Source of the DNA: Ophelia neglecta
Lineage: Eukaryota
Reading direction: 5' to 3'
Assembly: GCA_965285935.1 (NCBI GenBank)
Contig: OZ260663.1
Location: 64,294,001 to 64,358,000 of the forward strand
Length of the DNA: 64,000 nt
Below are positions 39,595 through 51,197 of the stretch, in pieces; the first letter of the stretch is position 1; each line of letters opens with the position of its first letter. The notes under the pieces were generated by a model, which did no database searches, had not been told where the DNA came from, and worked only from the letters and a program-made list of their open reading frames with translations. The position numbers and the translations under genes are program-made.

Positions 39595-39930
39595 TATGTA
39601 TGGTACTGTACAGGTCATGCTGTAGGTCTCAGCTGATGTTTAGTGGCTGTTTAATAGAGGCCTAGATGTCATTGAATTTTATTTGTTAATTTATATCCAG
39701 GTTAAAAAGTCACCACCACAAGTATTGGGTGGGTGGCAAACTGTTGTTTATTTACCTTGACAGTTTTTATGATGGTATACTCAAGAGTATTAAAACATTC
39801 AATGATGATAGGAGAAAGTTGTATTTTGCCCCAGGTAGGTATTAACAGGCTTGATAGTAGACCAGCCTTGCCATCTGATTTCTTGTTTATATTCCGCAGG
39901 CAGTACATAATCAATAGCTTGAATTCTAAG

Positions 39931-39967
39931 GGAGGCGGGGGGGGGGGGGGGGGGGGGGGCAGGGGGG
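39931..39967 (+). repeat. Poly-G tract (G23 at 39937-39959 with flanking G-runs)
   Basis: Seen directly. Confidence 0.95.
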
Positions 39968-40762
39968 AGCAATAAATAACATTTATATTTTAAGACCACA
40001 ACTAGCCTGGCCCAAGTCACTGGAATTATGGAGATGACACAGGTTGCTGTGATGATGAGATTTATTATGCTGGAGGTTGGTCCCGGATATGAATTCTAGT
40101 GTAATATTATTACCCTTGTATGAGGCTTAAATAATCTTCTTGTCAAGGCCATGCTTTACTCAAACAAATTACCAGCCAAGCTCACAGATAAACCTAATCA
40201 CACAGCTCCTCTTGTGCCAAAAGTGGAATCTTTTATGAACAGAAATGGTCTGAATGCTATTTTCATGAAAGTGTAGATTGTTGATTTCAGCTAAATTTGG
40301 TAATTATGTCTCCCCAGCGACAGTTTGTTTATGCCCCCTACAAATCAGGTGATTTTCCAGAGCCCTGATTTAGCGGGCATTTCAGAACCCCTGAGGTCTG
40401 TACTGGTTACACAGTAACTTAATAATGATACACTGCACTTCAATTTAATTTGTATATTCTGTACGAATTACAGCTCAATACATAGTTACATGTATATATT
40501 TTTGATTGTGAGTATGTAATGCCATCCACCATTCACCAATGTCAATTTCCAAAATTATACATAAATATTTGATATGCATTTTTCTCCACTAACTTCTGCA
40601 AATAAATCTGCCAAACTCCTGCCCATAACCGTATCTACCAACTGTATGTGTAGAAAACCTTGCATCTGTGTATATCAGTAAAAATCTCCTGTTTTACCAC
40701 CAATGTCTTCAATTCAACAAAATTCCACTTACTGGCTGTGGCTTTACTCTGATGTTACAAAG

Positions 40763-40872
40763 AGGATACAGTACAATTAGGATACAGTACATTTAAGATA
40801 CTGTATAATTAGGATAGAGTATAATTAGGATACAGTTTAATTAGTATACAGTAGGATTAGGATATTGTACAA
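40763..40872. repeat. 16-bp minisatellite, about 7 copies (aggatacagtacaatt)
   Basis: The periodicity is directly visible, with 1-3 substitutions per unit. Confidence 0.9.
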
Positions 40873-41190
40873 GAGGTTGCCACAAGAAGTTTGCAGAAAT
40901 TTATCGTCTTGTTACTGCTAGAAACTATTGCTTCACCTATCTATGGGAAGTCTCAGAGTGCACTGGTACCACCGGCACAGTTGGGAGTCATTTTTCTGAT
41001 CACAATCATAAAATTTAAATCAACTGTCATAATTTTAACTTTAATTTTAAACATTGCATTTTACAAATCATGAATGATGCTTAACAATTCTAAAGTTTCA
41101 GATATTAAATATTTCATAGATTTCATTTCATTTAACTTTTTTTTTCACACTGCATATCCTATAATAAAATGTGTTTCTTCCTACACTCAG

Positions 41191-41209
41191 GTACAATGTA
41201 TTCTGTCAG
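41191..41209 (+). other. Candidate 19-nt microexon or tandem AG|GT site
   Basis: AG-free zone 41120-41188, then gtttcttcctacactcag|GTACAATGTATTCTGTCAG|gtatgt. Confidence 0.4.
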
Positions 41210-42386
41210 GTATGTGTCTAGAATTAGTTAAAGGCAATATACATTAGTTATCAGGTGTAAGTACTAATCAGTAAGAATGACTCAGGGGTAAAGGTTCTTC
41301 ATGTGTGGTTTTGGGCAAGTTTGATTTTCTTGCATTTGAATCATTGGAAGAACATTAACACTAGACTAACTAATATAAGTGTTTGGTGAAGGGAGAAGTA
41401 TTATAGCATGCTGCTGCTGGTTCAATCTAACTTAAATTAAAATGCTTGTATTCCTGCTGGTGAATATCTGAAACTCTAACTTTGATAACTTGTGCTTTAA
41501 TCCATCATAAGCTCTATTTACATGTACATACATGTACATCTACTACACAGAGTTACCTGGTTACCATCATGTATGTGACCCTTTAATAGGATTCAAGTAA
41601 TATATATTAATTTCAACTGCCACATTTACTACGTATTGAAATGAATGCACTGAAATCTTTGATTTAACCTCTGACTTATTGATAAGGTTTCTGGGGTTTC
41701 TGTCTGGTGTGGTGGACAGAGAGCAGGCCCTGGGAGTCCTTACATTGAAAACCCTTGTCACATGTTACCAGGATGGGCTGATAACGTGCTGCTGTTGCTC
41801 CACGGAGAGCTCATCAGTAGTAATGATAGCTTGGGGGTCTCTGCTATGAAACGACATCATGCTCACAGTGATGTAGCAATCAAAGCAGGATTTTCTGTCA
41901 ATAATTCACTCGGTCCAATCACCTATCAATGCTTCTCATCCTGCTCAGCTTCCCAATATAAGATTGGTGTTGATTTGCCAGATCAGTGAGCATGGTATTG
42001 TAGCTGTAAGGAAGAAACAAACTTGTCATATTTTACCTCCTCTCCAAATAACCCAAAAGCTTTTTCTTAGTCACATTTATAACTAACAACAGCTCGCTGA
42101 ACCAACAAATACTATATATAACTCATTTTAACTAACTCAGACTTTCCATGATTCTACTGGCACCTTTTATCTTAATCATAATAAAACAGGCGGTATTTTC
42201 TTATTTTGATTACCTGCTGATACATCAGAACTGGTTATGGCACATTTGTCTTTAAAAGAAGCTCATTCCCATAGTCATCAAACTGATAAGTGCTAATCTA
42301 GAAGTACATGTAGTTTGTTTTATGTACTCCTTGACTTTAATTGTGTGGTTTGCTTTATGTCTAATAATTTGACTAATTTGTTTCAG

Positions 42387-42435
42387 ATGAACCGTCCAAT
42401 ACAAGTGAAGCCTGCAGACAGTGAAAGTAGAGCAG
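42387..42435 (+). CDS. CELF4: CELF3-6 / Bruno-like RNA-binding protein, internal coding exon (end of RRM1 plus RRM1-RRM2 linker), 49 nt
   Basis: Acceptor gactaatttgtttcag|ATG with branch-like ctaat. Translation MNRPIQVKPADSESRA+G closely matches the CELF3/4/5/6 motif MNRPIQVKPADSESRG. Donor GCAG|gtagga, phase 0 in and phase 1 out. The symbol marks the CELF3-6 subfamily; an invertebrate copy is co-orthologous to the vertebrate paralogues. Confidence 0.96.
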
Positions 42436-45400
42436 GTAGGACATGCTTAATAATGCTTTTAGACTTTTTTTACTCTTCCCAATTCAGTAGTAGGAGTAAG
42501 ATACTTTGGATTTTGTTTGTCATGCAAGTCTAGGGCATTAGTTGGAATTATCCATACTAGGATGAAAGATGTTTGAGTTGCTCAAGCGAATTCAGGTTAC
42601 AAATTACAAGTTGTGCTTGGATGATATTAATGAAAATATACCATACTCCAGACAACAACTTTCTATACCTTATAAATGAATGGACAGAAAAACTGAAAAC
42701 ATTCATAATTTTACATGTATTAGTAAAGTTGATTCATCTTCTGTGTATCTATGAAATTAAGGTTTATATCATTTAAACAGGCAAGTAGTATGTAGTAAGT
42801 AGTTACAGATGTTTTACCCCCAAGTCATATTGTGAATGAAGCAATCAGTTATGATATTATTTAGGCTGTATTAAAGCGGTGGTTAGTGTCAGCGCCCTCC
42901 TAGCTTTTTTTAAACAGTGTAAAAGGTTCTGCTAACACACACATATTATAAGTGGTAAAGTATGAACAGTTTTAGCAAAATATTCAGATAAAACCTGCTT
43001 TGTACTGATGTTGAAGAATAATATCATTTTATCACATGTTATTTCAGTCTAGTGATATATTTAATGAAACAAGCTCATGCATGCCAATGTGCAGTAAGTT
43101 TTCCAACTGGTTTTTTAATGGCTAAATAAGGTTTGCATTAATTTAATGATATGTTTGTATGTTAATTTCTTCCCCTCCCTGCAAGAGTTTCTATTTTGAA
43201 TTGACACAAGCCATAGATCTAACAATATATGGCTTTATCACTTGTGTAAACCTCTGTACCACCATCTTATTTTTTTTGGTAATAAGCTCCTCTTAAATCC
43301 ACAGGTACAGGAGATACCTGTCCACTACTACCTATGTTTAGGTAAAAGTAATTGCCACTTGAGATTAAAGTGGGTTGCAGTGGTCGTTTTAAGGCAGAGT
43401 CCATCACATGGTCACAGAGCTCCCTGGGAATTCACCGGGAGCTTTGAAATATACTGGACCCTGCCCTAAAGCCATTGTATGGTGAATTTGTATCCTCCAA
43501 ACTGATGGGAGGAGGGGGAAAGGAACAGGGGGGGGGGGGGGCATGAACTTTCTGTTATGCCTGATGGGTATGCACTTACTCACATGGGGATGGGGAGGTA
43601 TTCAAACAGTAGATTCTTATGTAAGGGTACCTTTCCAAATAAGCCCTATGTAGCAGTGGCTTGTTTCGGTGAAGTTTTCTTTCTGCTCATACTTTTGATC
43701 TGTGTAACAAATAGAATTGAGAAAACAGGTGGAAAAACAACTTCATCTGCTTTACTCAATATCAACCCAGGGACCTTCAAGTTGCTCAGTGGAAACTACC
43801 CCCTTCCCCTCCCCCCACTCCCTCCATATTGGTTGCACCCTTCACTTTCTAAAATTTCAAACTACTAAAGCTTTGAACATGTTAACATAATGTGGAGGTG
43901 GTGTACCGGGGTATCAGGGACTAAGAGCCCTTGCATTCACATAAACAGATGACCTTTTTTTGGCAAAACCGAACTAAGAATATATAAATTCTGCTGGGGG
44001 AAGGAAGAAGGGGACAGAACTAATGGGTAGTGGGGGTGGAAAGGAAGTGTACCAACCTATTTGGAACATGCAAGAGAAGGAGAGAGAGACTTGAGTCGTA
44101 TAATTTTTCATCTGCATGTATAATTAAATAAAGTTTTACCACCTGATCCTGTGTTGTCTTTAGTGTGTTTTTTTTGTCAGTGCCAGAATGTGCTAATGTA
44201 AGAACTGTATGCATTGTACACATGTTTGTACATGGCCTTGTAGTTTTTGGGTATACCTATATATATATAAAGTCATAGAAAAAAATCTTTTCTATATTGA
44301 TGACCGTAAAAAAAATTACAAACAGGTTTGATGCGAATACTGAATGAACATTTGAAGTTTGATTTAACTGTACATGTAAGCATGCAACATCCCAATTAAG
44401 TCTCCGGAGATTACACGGTGGACACTTTGGCCAATCAGAGTTTAGTGTGACTGTGTGAGACAGATTAAGTGAGAGTTTGTAATGATCTTAATTATTCATT
44501 TAGCAGTGATGAACTATTTTACTCAGGCCAATGCTTTAATTGAAAAAAAAGTACATTTATTCATGGTGTAAAATATTCATCTTCTTATTTAATTTATATT
44601 TGGCTTAAAAAGTATGGCTAGAGTCTGATTCTATCTCAAGTAATTTAAAGAATGCCTTCAAGAGCTATTTTAACCAGAGAAGTAATCTGTCTCCATGTTG
44701 CCTACATCCACATTATTTGCCATTGCAATACCCATAAACACAATTCCATGTACATACTGTAAAGAACAGAGCCATTCATTTCAATTAAGTTTCCATCAGA
44801 CATGCAACATTCACTGTTAGTCTTTCTCTGGATGCCCCTACGATTCATCTGCTACTGTAGGTTTGCCGCCAGTCCCACAGAAATGTTATCAAAGCACATT
44901 TGTACATGTATATACTTGTTCATGGAGGGTTTTCAACAATATATCATGTCGAGATTAATCTTTTTTGATTAAAACATTTAAAGATAAAAGGCATTCCTTG
45001 CTACAGTCTTATGTATGAATTAATAAGAAGTAAAACAATACCTTGGTGATAAAATTCACTATAATTCTTATGTTTTCCAGTATGCCTGGTTGTAAACCAC
45101 TTTTGTGTTGCATCTTTCTTATTATATGTGCGAGCAAAGTTTTAATGCTGGTGTCATGATCATAAACAAAATGTTGATGAATCTGACTATATTCTATGCT
45201 GACTAGTTTGACATTTTAATTACGTTTTGCATATTTATACGTAAGTTGTTTGTATTTAAGAGCACAGTAAGTGCTGAATAAATCTGAGCTGGTAGTGTGA
45301 TGAAAGAGAATGGTGTTAGTATTTGAAATCTCAGGATCTTCACCATATTCTCCTCTGTGTAGTCTAGTGTTATGAATCATTAATGTCTGATAGCTCATCC

Positions 45401-47324
45401 TTCACTTTCTTACGTATTGCCACCTTATTATTTCATAAAGATGTGTGATGTTGGGACTGGGGCAGATAAAATGATGAGTTAAAAACATTTTATGACTCTG
45501 TCTCCCCCTCTGCACATGTGCTTTCTGTCAATTGTGTCAACCTAAATGCACATATTTATTTACTGAGGCTAAAATGAAAGTGATGTTTCTTTCTTAGAGG
45601 TGTCCTTGCAATGCCCTTGGTGCTCTTTGATGCCATTTCTCATTGTAAGATGTCTGCAGTCTTCTCTTGCCATCAGAGGCAAGTCACCTAGAGACTCACT
45701 CTGCCAGATACAATGACAAGAAGAAACTGATACACTGGTATATATATATGTATACATGTACAGGGGCCTTAGCTGAGGGCATTCTGGGAAGATGACAAAT
45801 ACAACCTGAAAGCTCCGCCACATACCAATAAGGTGCCCAGATAAATGAATCACACCATCAAATATGAAACTTAAAACAAAGCCAAGGGCAGCTTCATGAC
45901 TTGGTCAAATGGCCAATACTGCAAGTGGTCTTCCTTTATGTATTTATGAGGGCAAATATAATAAATAAATCCAATAACATATTTATCCCTTCAAGTTTTA
46001 ATGCTTCTCTCTAGACAGTATATTTATTACATATTGGCATATACATGTATGTTGTCTACCAAACATGCATTTTACCTGAAAATTCTGCAAGTAAGAAAAA
46101 TGGAACTAATATTTCAATTGGTACATCTTACAAGGCGTAAATATGAAGAAGTCCATCACAATTGACTTTGGAATTCTCACGGTGATCATTGGCTCCTGAT
46201 GGTGCCTTGTGGAGTCACTTTCACACTTCTGCTCGCCATGCCTGCAAAATGTGTTGCCTTGGCCCTATTCTTGCCCAATAGATGCATCTTGTTTTAAGGT
46301 TTAATGATGTAAATTACCCTTTGTGGCATTACCAAGACTTCCCTTCCCCTAAGACTTCATGAGTTCATAAAAACACACACAAAAATGATAAATTTAGACA
46401 CCAATTTCTCCCTCTTGACAATGGGCCCAAAAGAGATTACCGTGGAAACGTTCATGCCTCAGGGATCGTACAACGGTTACGAGGAAGAACCAGAGATGTT
46501 AAAGTATTGGCCAAGCCTTAAAATAGTAAAAGCTTGAGTCACGCAAAGGGCAGAGTTCATTAGTAATTGAGACCTTAGGTAGCACATGTCAGTTCAAATT
46601 AAACCTCCCTACAGTCCCTATGACAAATGTAATGCATTCAAACTAAACACATGGAAAAACAAAGTTAACAGTATCAATAAAAATGCCTTTTCTCCAATAG
46701 TATTATATCATATATCATAAATATTCAGATTTATTGCATTGGACTTAATTTTGAATTAATCAAATTCAACAATTAAGATATAATTGTTTTGTTACAATCC
46801 CTGTATTCCAATAACTCATCATGATACATAGAAAGTGAGATATTATTATTAAAACCTTGGAGAAAAAGTGGTTTTTCATTATTTGATTCCATGCCTTGCT
46901 GAAAAAAATGTTCCATTAATGGCAGTATGATATCATTTTAGAAGGTATGAGCTATGAGAGATTGCTTGACACTGCTCCACCAGGAGTTGACAGCTGACTT
47001 GTGTTTGAGAGAAAAGAGAGTTGACAGTCGAAATCCATGGGAAGCTAAAATAAGGCTCCTATATGTCCAATCACCTGATACAAAGCCGAACTAAACCCCC
47101 TGGGGGGTATTAAGGGGTGGGCTAAATTGCCTGGGTGGTATTAAGGGGGGTGAACGGTGACAATGACTTTACCCTGGTCTGCACTAATAGCCTGATAACT
47201 GGCCACCCCGACTCCCACAGCTGATCAAAACGTCAAATATGTCCATCTAGATATCTTCAGGTTTTAGATGACAAAAACCTAAAGGTCAATATAAGACCTC
47301 CATAAAATATGTCACTGTCCAGGT

Positions 47325-47358
47325 GGGGGGTGGGGGGTGGGGGATTGGGGGCGGGGGG
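47325..47358 (+). other. Canonical G-quadruplex-forming motif
   Basis: ggggggtggggggtgggggattgggggcgggggg: five runs of at least 5 G with 1-3 nt loops. Confidence 0.8.
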
Positions 47359-47887
47359 AGGATGGATAAGCTATTATAAGATTGGATTGCTTTTTTCTTT
47401 AAGAACATGGTATGAAGTACATGTAAACTGTAACAGCAGCGGCACCTATTAGAGGTTATCAGCATCCTTTGGCTTTTTCATTTGTACTTTTTTACATGAT
47501 GTGGTATATCAAGTTTTTTGGTGCTCAAGCCTGCCAGCATTATACGGGTGTCTTAACGAACTAACATTGAGGAGGGAATGGATTGTCACCTACTGATGGT
47601 GATATTATCCCATATATAAAAATCTAATGAGCAGGGCATTGTCGAGGACCCAGATATTTGATGTACAATTAAGAATGGTAACTTTTATTTTAAATCTTAT
47701 AAATTGTGCAATAAATATATAACATGTAGACATGTCAAATATTATTTGATATATATATATATATCTTTTTTTTAACATTTTGAAGTAAATAATCCATATT
47801 ACAAACATGGCACCAGATGGGTTAACTTTGTGTTTGGATTAATACATGCAGTTTCTGTCTTGGAGGAATGATACTTGGACAAAACAT

Positions 47888-48198
47888 AATGATTAAACTG
47901 ATAGACGATAAAGAATATCACAATGATAAACCTGTATAGTCGATAAGGAATATCACAATAATAAACCTGTATAGTCGATAAGGAATATCACAATGATAAA
48001 CCTGTATAGTCGATAAGGAATATCACAATGATAAACCTGTATAGTCGATAAGGAATATCACAATGATAAACCTGTATAGTCCATAAGGAATATCACAATG
48101 ATAAACCTGTATAGTCGATAAGAAATATCACAATGATAAACTTGTATAGTCCATAATGAATATCAAAATGATAAACTTGTATAATCCATAATGTATAG
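47888..48198. repeat. 35-bp minisatellite, about 8.5 copies (cgataaggaatatcacaatgataaacctgtatagt)
   Basis: Units start at 47906, 47941, 47976, 48011, 48046, 48081, 48116, 48151 and 48186. Confidence 0.96.
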
Positions 48199-48440
48199 TT
48201 TATTGCTTAAATAGTACAATTTGTAGCGTACATAGTAAAATAATAATGATGATAGGGTAAAAAGAAAAAAGAAAAAGAGATTTGCATTTATCACATAATA
48301 TTTGTAATACATATAATATAGAGCACGAAAAACTACCTGAATTTATAGAAGTTTGGTGTGAAGCTCGAACGCCTTACGGATAAACACAGCTACATTATTC
48401 AATATCTTAATGCTTCCCTCGTTAAATATCTGAATAATGA
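48199..48440 (-). mobile_element. Short 3' remnant of a LINE related to the 16641-17170 element
   Basis: The minus-strand ORF end IIQIFNEGSIKILNNVAVFIRKAFELHTKLL* aligns with FIALMKTETVKTLNNLAIYIRKAMLIR. AATAAA lies ~140 nt after the stop (48199-48204), the same spacing as in the other copy. Confidence 0.65.
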
Positions 48441-51151
48441 ATATCACATTTATTAGTATAAACCCTACTAATCGGCTGTTATAAACCAGGATGACACAAA
48501 TTGGGACTTCTTTTTCTCTTAATCTTTTGAAGCCAGTATTTATGTGGGTATGGGTGAATAATTGAACAATTACCGGTAATACTTTAATATAAACAAGTTT
48601 AGCTTGATTGCAGTGTGTGTGTTGTACAATATGTACATGCACATGTATATAGTAAAAAGGCATTTGAAAGAACCACAACAAGGAGTGAACTGTAAATTTG
48701 GGAGCTCTTTTTACCTTGCAGGTAATATTGCCGTGCTATATGGAAAATTGTTGCTAGACAAATCAGACAATTTAAGCCACTGGTGCGGTATTATCTGGAA
48801 TTTGTAGGAAAGAAAGAAAGGACAACTTGTGTGTTTATTTTTGGCTCTTGTATAAAAAACAAACCCTCCTAAAAGTGATGAATACTGGTCAAAATGGTAG
48901 GTATGCTAATGGTTTGCACCTCAATTCAATTCCAGGAGTTAAATTCAATTTATTAAAACCTACATACATATGTATTACATGTGCACCTAGTTACAAGAGG
49001 TTAATATTAATGAGCAAAACTGCATAAATCAAGCACAGTGCAACACTGAAAGTGAAATAATGATTGAGTAGGATATAACATTTCAAATTAAATGAATGCT
49101 ATATAAATGATTCTACCTTAAATCACCCATCACAACAAAACTGAATTTAAAAATAGGTGCAAGTGCATGGAAATGTCTGACCTGTATTCTACAATAAACA
49201 ATGAATAAAAACAAATCTATAAAAGTTTATGGGGAACAATTATAACACAATTAATCACTATCCTTTGCTTCCATTTTGCCAGATGGTTTATTGAAACTGA
49301 AATTAAATTAAAATAATCTTAACAAAATTGTATATTCTTACTGCCAGTTATTTTCCAAGATGATTATGAGGACTCACATGTACTGTGCTATGTGATCCTC
49401 TTTCTCCCAGAGTACACAAGTCTGAGTGTGCTCCCCTGGCATACCACTCTAAAGAAAACTAACCTATGAAAATGTTCTTAATATGAAAACCACTTGGAAG
49501 ATTCTAGTTAAAATTTGTATAGTGGTGTTTTAAAAGGTGTATTACACAAACATTGGTAGAGCCTTAATATTTTTTCTCACACATGTACATTTCTGAGCAA
49601 TCAGAATATATCACGAACAGTTGTTTAAAGCAACAGTAATCACTGTGTTCCTCAGTGTTCTAAAAACGTTTTTATTAATATTATTGTTCCAGAAATCCCT
49701 GTCTAAGTGTACAAGTAATCTCATGTATTAGGGGCCAAACAATGTTTATTTAAAGGAGTCACCTTGACTTTGATTGCTGCTTTATTGAATATTTATAACC
49801 CCTTTGCTTATATTGAAGATTTATTAGGTTTCTTCCTTCATAATGCCCTGCTCCTAAAGGTGACAACTCAAGGTCAATAAGGCCTGTTTTCTTGCACAGC
49901 ACAGCTCCTGCTTGTCTTCATGCCTTTGTCTCAATACCAAACCACATGGAAACATGTCTTCTGCTCTGTTCTTAGAAAGCCATCTTGGGTGTGGCTGGCC
50001 AAATGTCATGTGTTGCAGTTCAAAGGATGCATTGTGTGAGAACAGTTGTTGAAATTGGATCTTGTAATCATCGCTCAATGCAGAACAAAGTACCGGTGGT
50101 GTTATGGAAATATTACAAGGAGTTTGATGTGAGATAACTTGACCTATTGTGCTCTACGATAAGGGATGTTTTTTGCTTTCATTGCTCATCAAAACAATTT
50201 TGTTTCAAAACCAGTCAACAAAGAACCCAACTAATATGTTCTCAGTGATACCTTGGTTAAGACATTTTTTTAGTCTTCCCATACTACTGCCTAGATGTAG
50301 ACTAGACTGTGCTGGGTCTCTGTAAGCAGTGCAGCTCTGGGGGGGAGGGGGGGGGGGAGGCGGTCCTGTCTTTAACTAACATGCCCGGGTCACAGTTATA
50401 TATTCATCCAATGAACATATGCCACTTTGTAGTGGGCCCTTTGATGATTTTACCCTGTGACATTATATTGACTCTGGAAGTATTTAATCAAGTTGTATTT
50501 GTTTTATTTCAAACTGTAAAATGCTTTTATACATGTACAATGTATGCCGCAGCCAATTCCTGGAGTACTCTATACCTTACTGAAACCTGCCCTAGTCTAT
50601 TATTTAACACCTTTCCAAGATAATTACCGTCTAAATTATATAAGTGCTGACGAGATTGACTAGTATATTACTGATCATCTGGCATAGTATTAAGTGAAAA
50701 AGTTATCATATAATTTCCCTATCAAATTTTGAATAATAAGCAGAAAATATGACCTGTACATATGCATGTGTCAGGGTGTCTGTATTCATCTTGACCAACA
50801 GAGATTGACCCACTCCCTCTGTTAATATACTCTGGCTGTGTATATCCATGTCCTATTGATATTGTGAGTTCATTAAGCCCTGAATAATAGAGTGATATTT
50901 ATGATGTGGTGTTGTTCATAGATGTACAAGTCATTTAAAAAAGACTATGTACATGTACATGTATTTATTTGGTTCCAATATAACCTACTTCCTGTCAATG
51001 AAAACATATTTTGCTTTTGCCTGCAAGATTATAGAAAATGCCTAATTGTAATAAAAGCAATATCTATTGTGCTTTATATTAATATCAGTGCGAGTACCTG
51101 ACATGATAGGACTCTGTATCTCATTGTCACATTTATTTATTTCAATCCACT

Positions 51152-51197
51152 TAACTGAGAATTCAAGATATCCTAACTGAGAATTCAAGATATCCTA
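51152..51197. repeat. Perfect 22-bp tandem duplication (taactgagaattcaagatatcc x2)
   Basis: Seen directly. Confidence 0.93.

Larger units (their letters stand above)
1..42386 (+). other. 3' part of a very large (>42 kb) phase-0 intron of the CELF gene
   Basis: I did not find the preceding RRM1 exon (expected ...GCAFLTY...LHEQKTLPG) in 1-42386 by eye or in the ORF track. The region ends in a canonical acceptor. Confidence 0.8.

Noticed and set aside
42315-42533. ORF-track call of a 72-aa protein (likewise 62573-62788)
   Set aside because: Only the spliced exon cores are coding; the flanks are intronic read-through.
43415-43870. GAATTC-centred palindrome plus G-rich and C-rich blocks suggesting a MITE
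   Set aside because: No matching termini or TSD could be defined.
47888-48198. 35-bp repeat array of CRISPR-like unit length
   Set aside because: Units are head-to-tail with no unique spacers, there are no cas genes, and the context is a eukaryotic intron.
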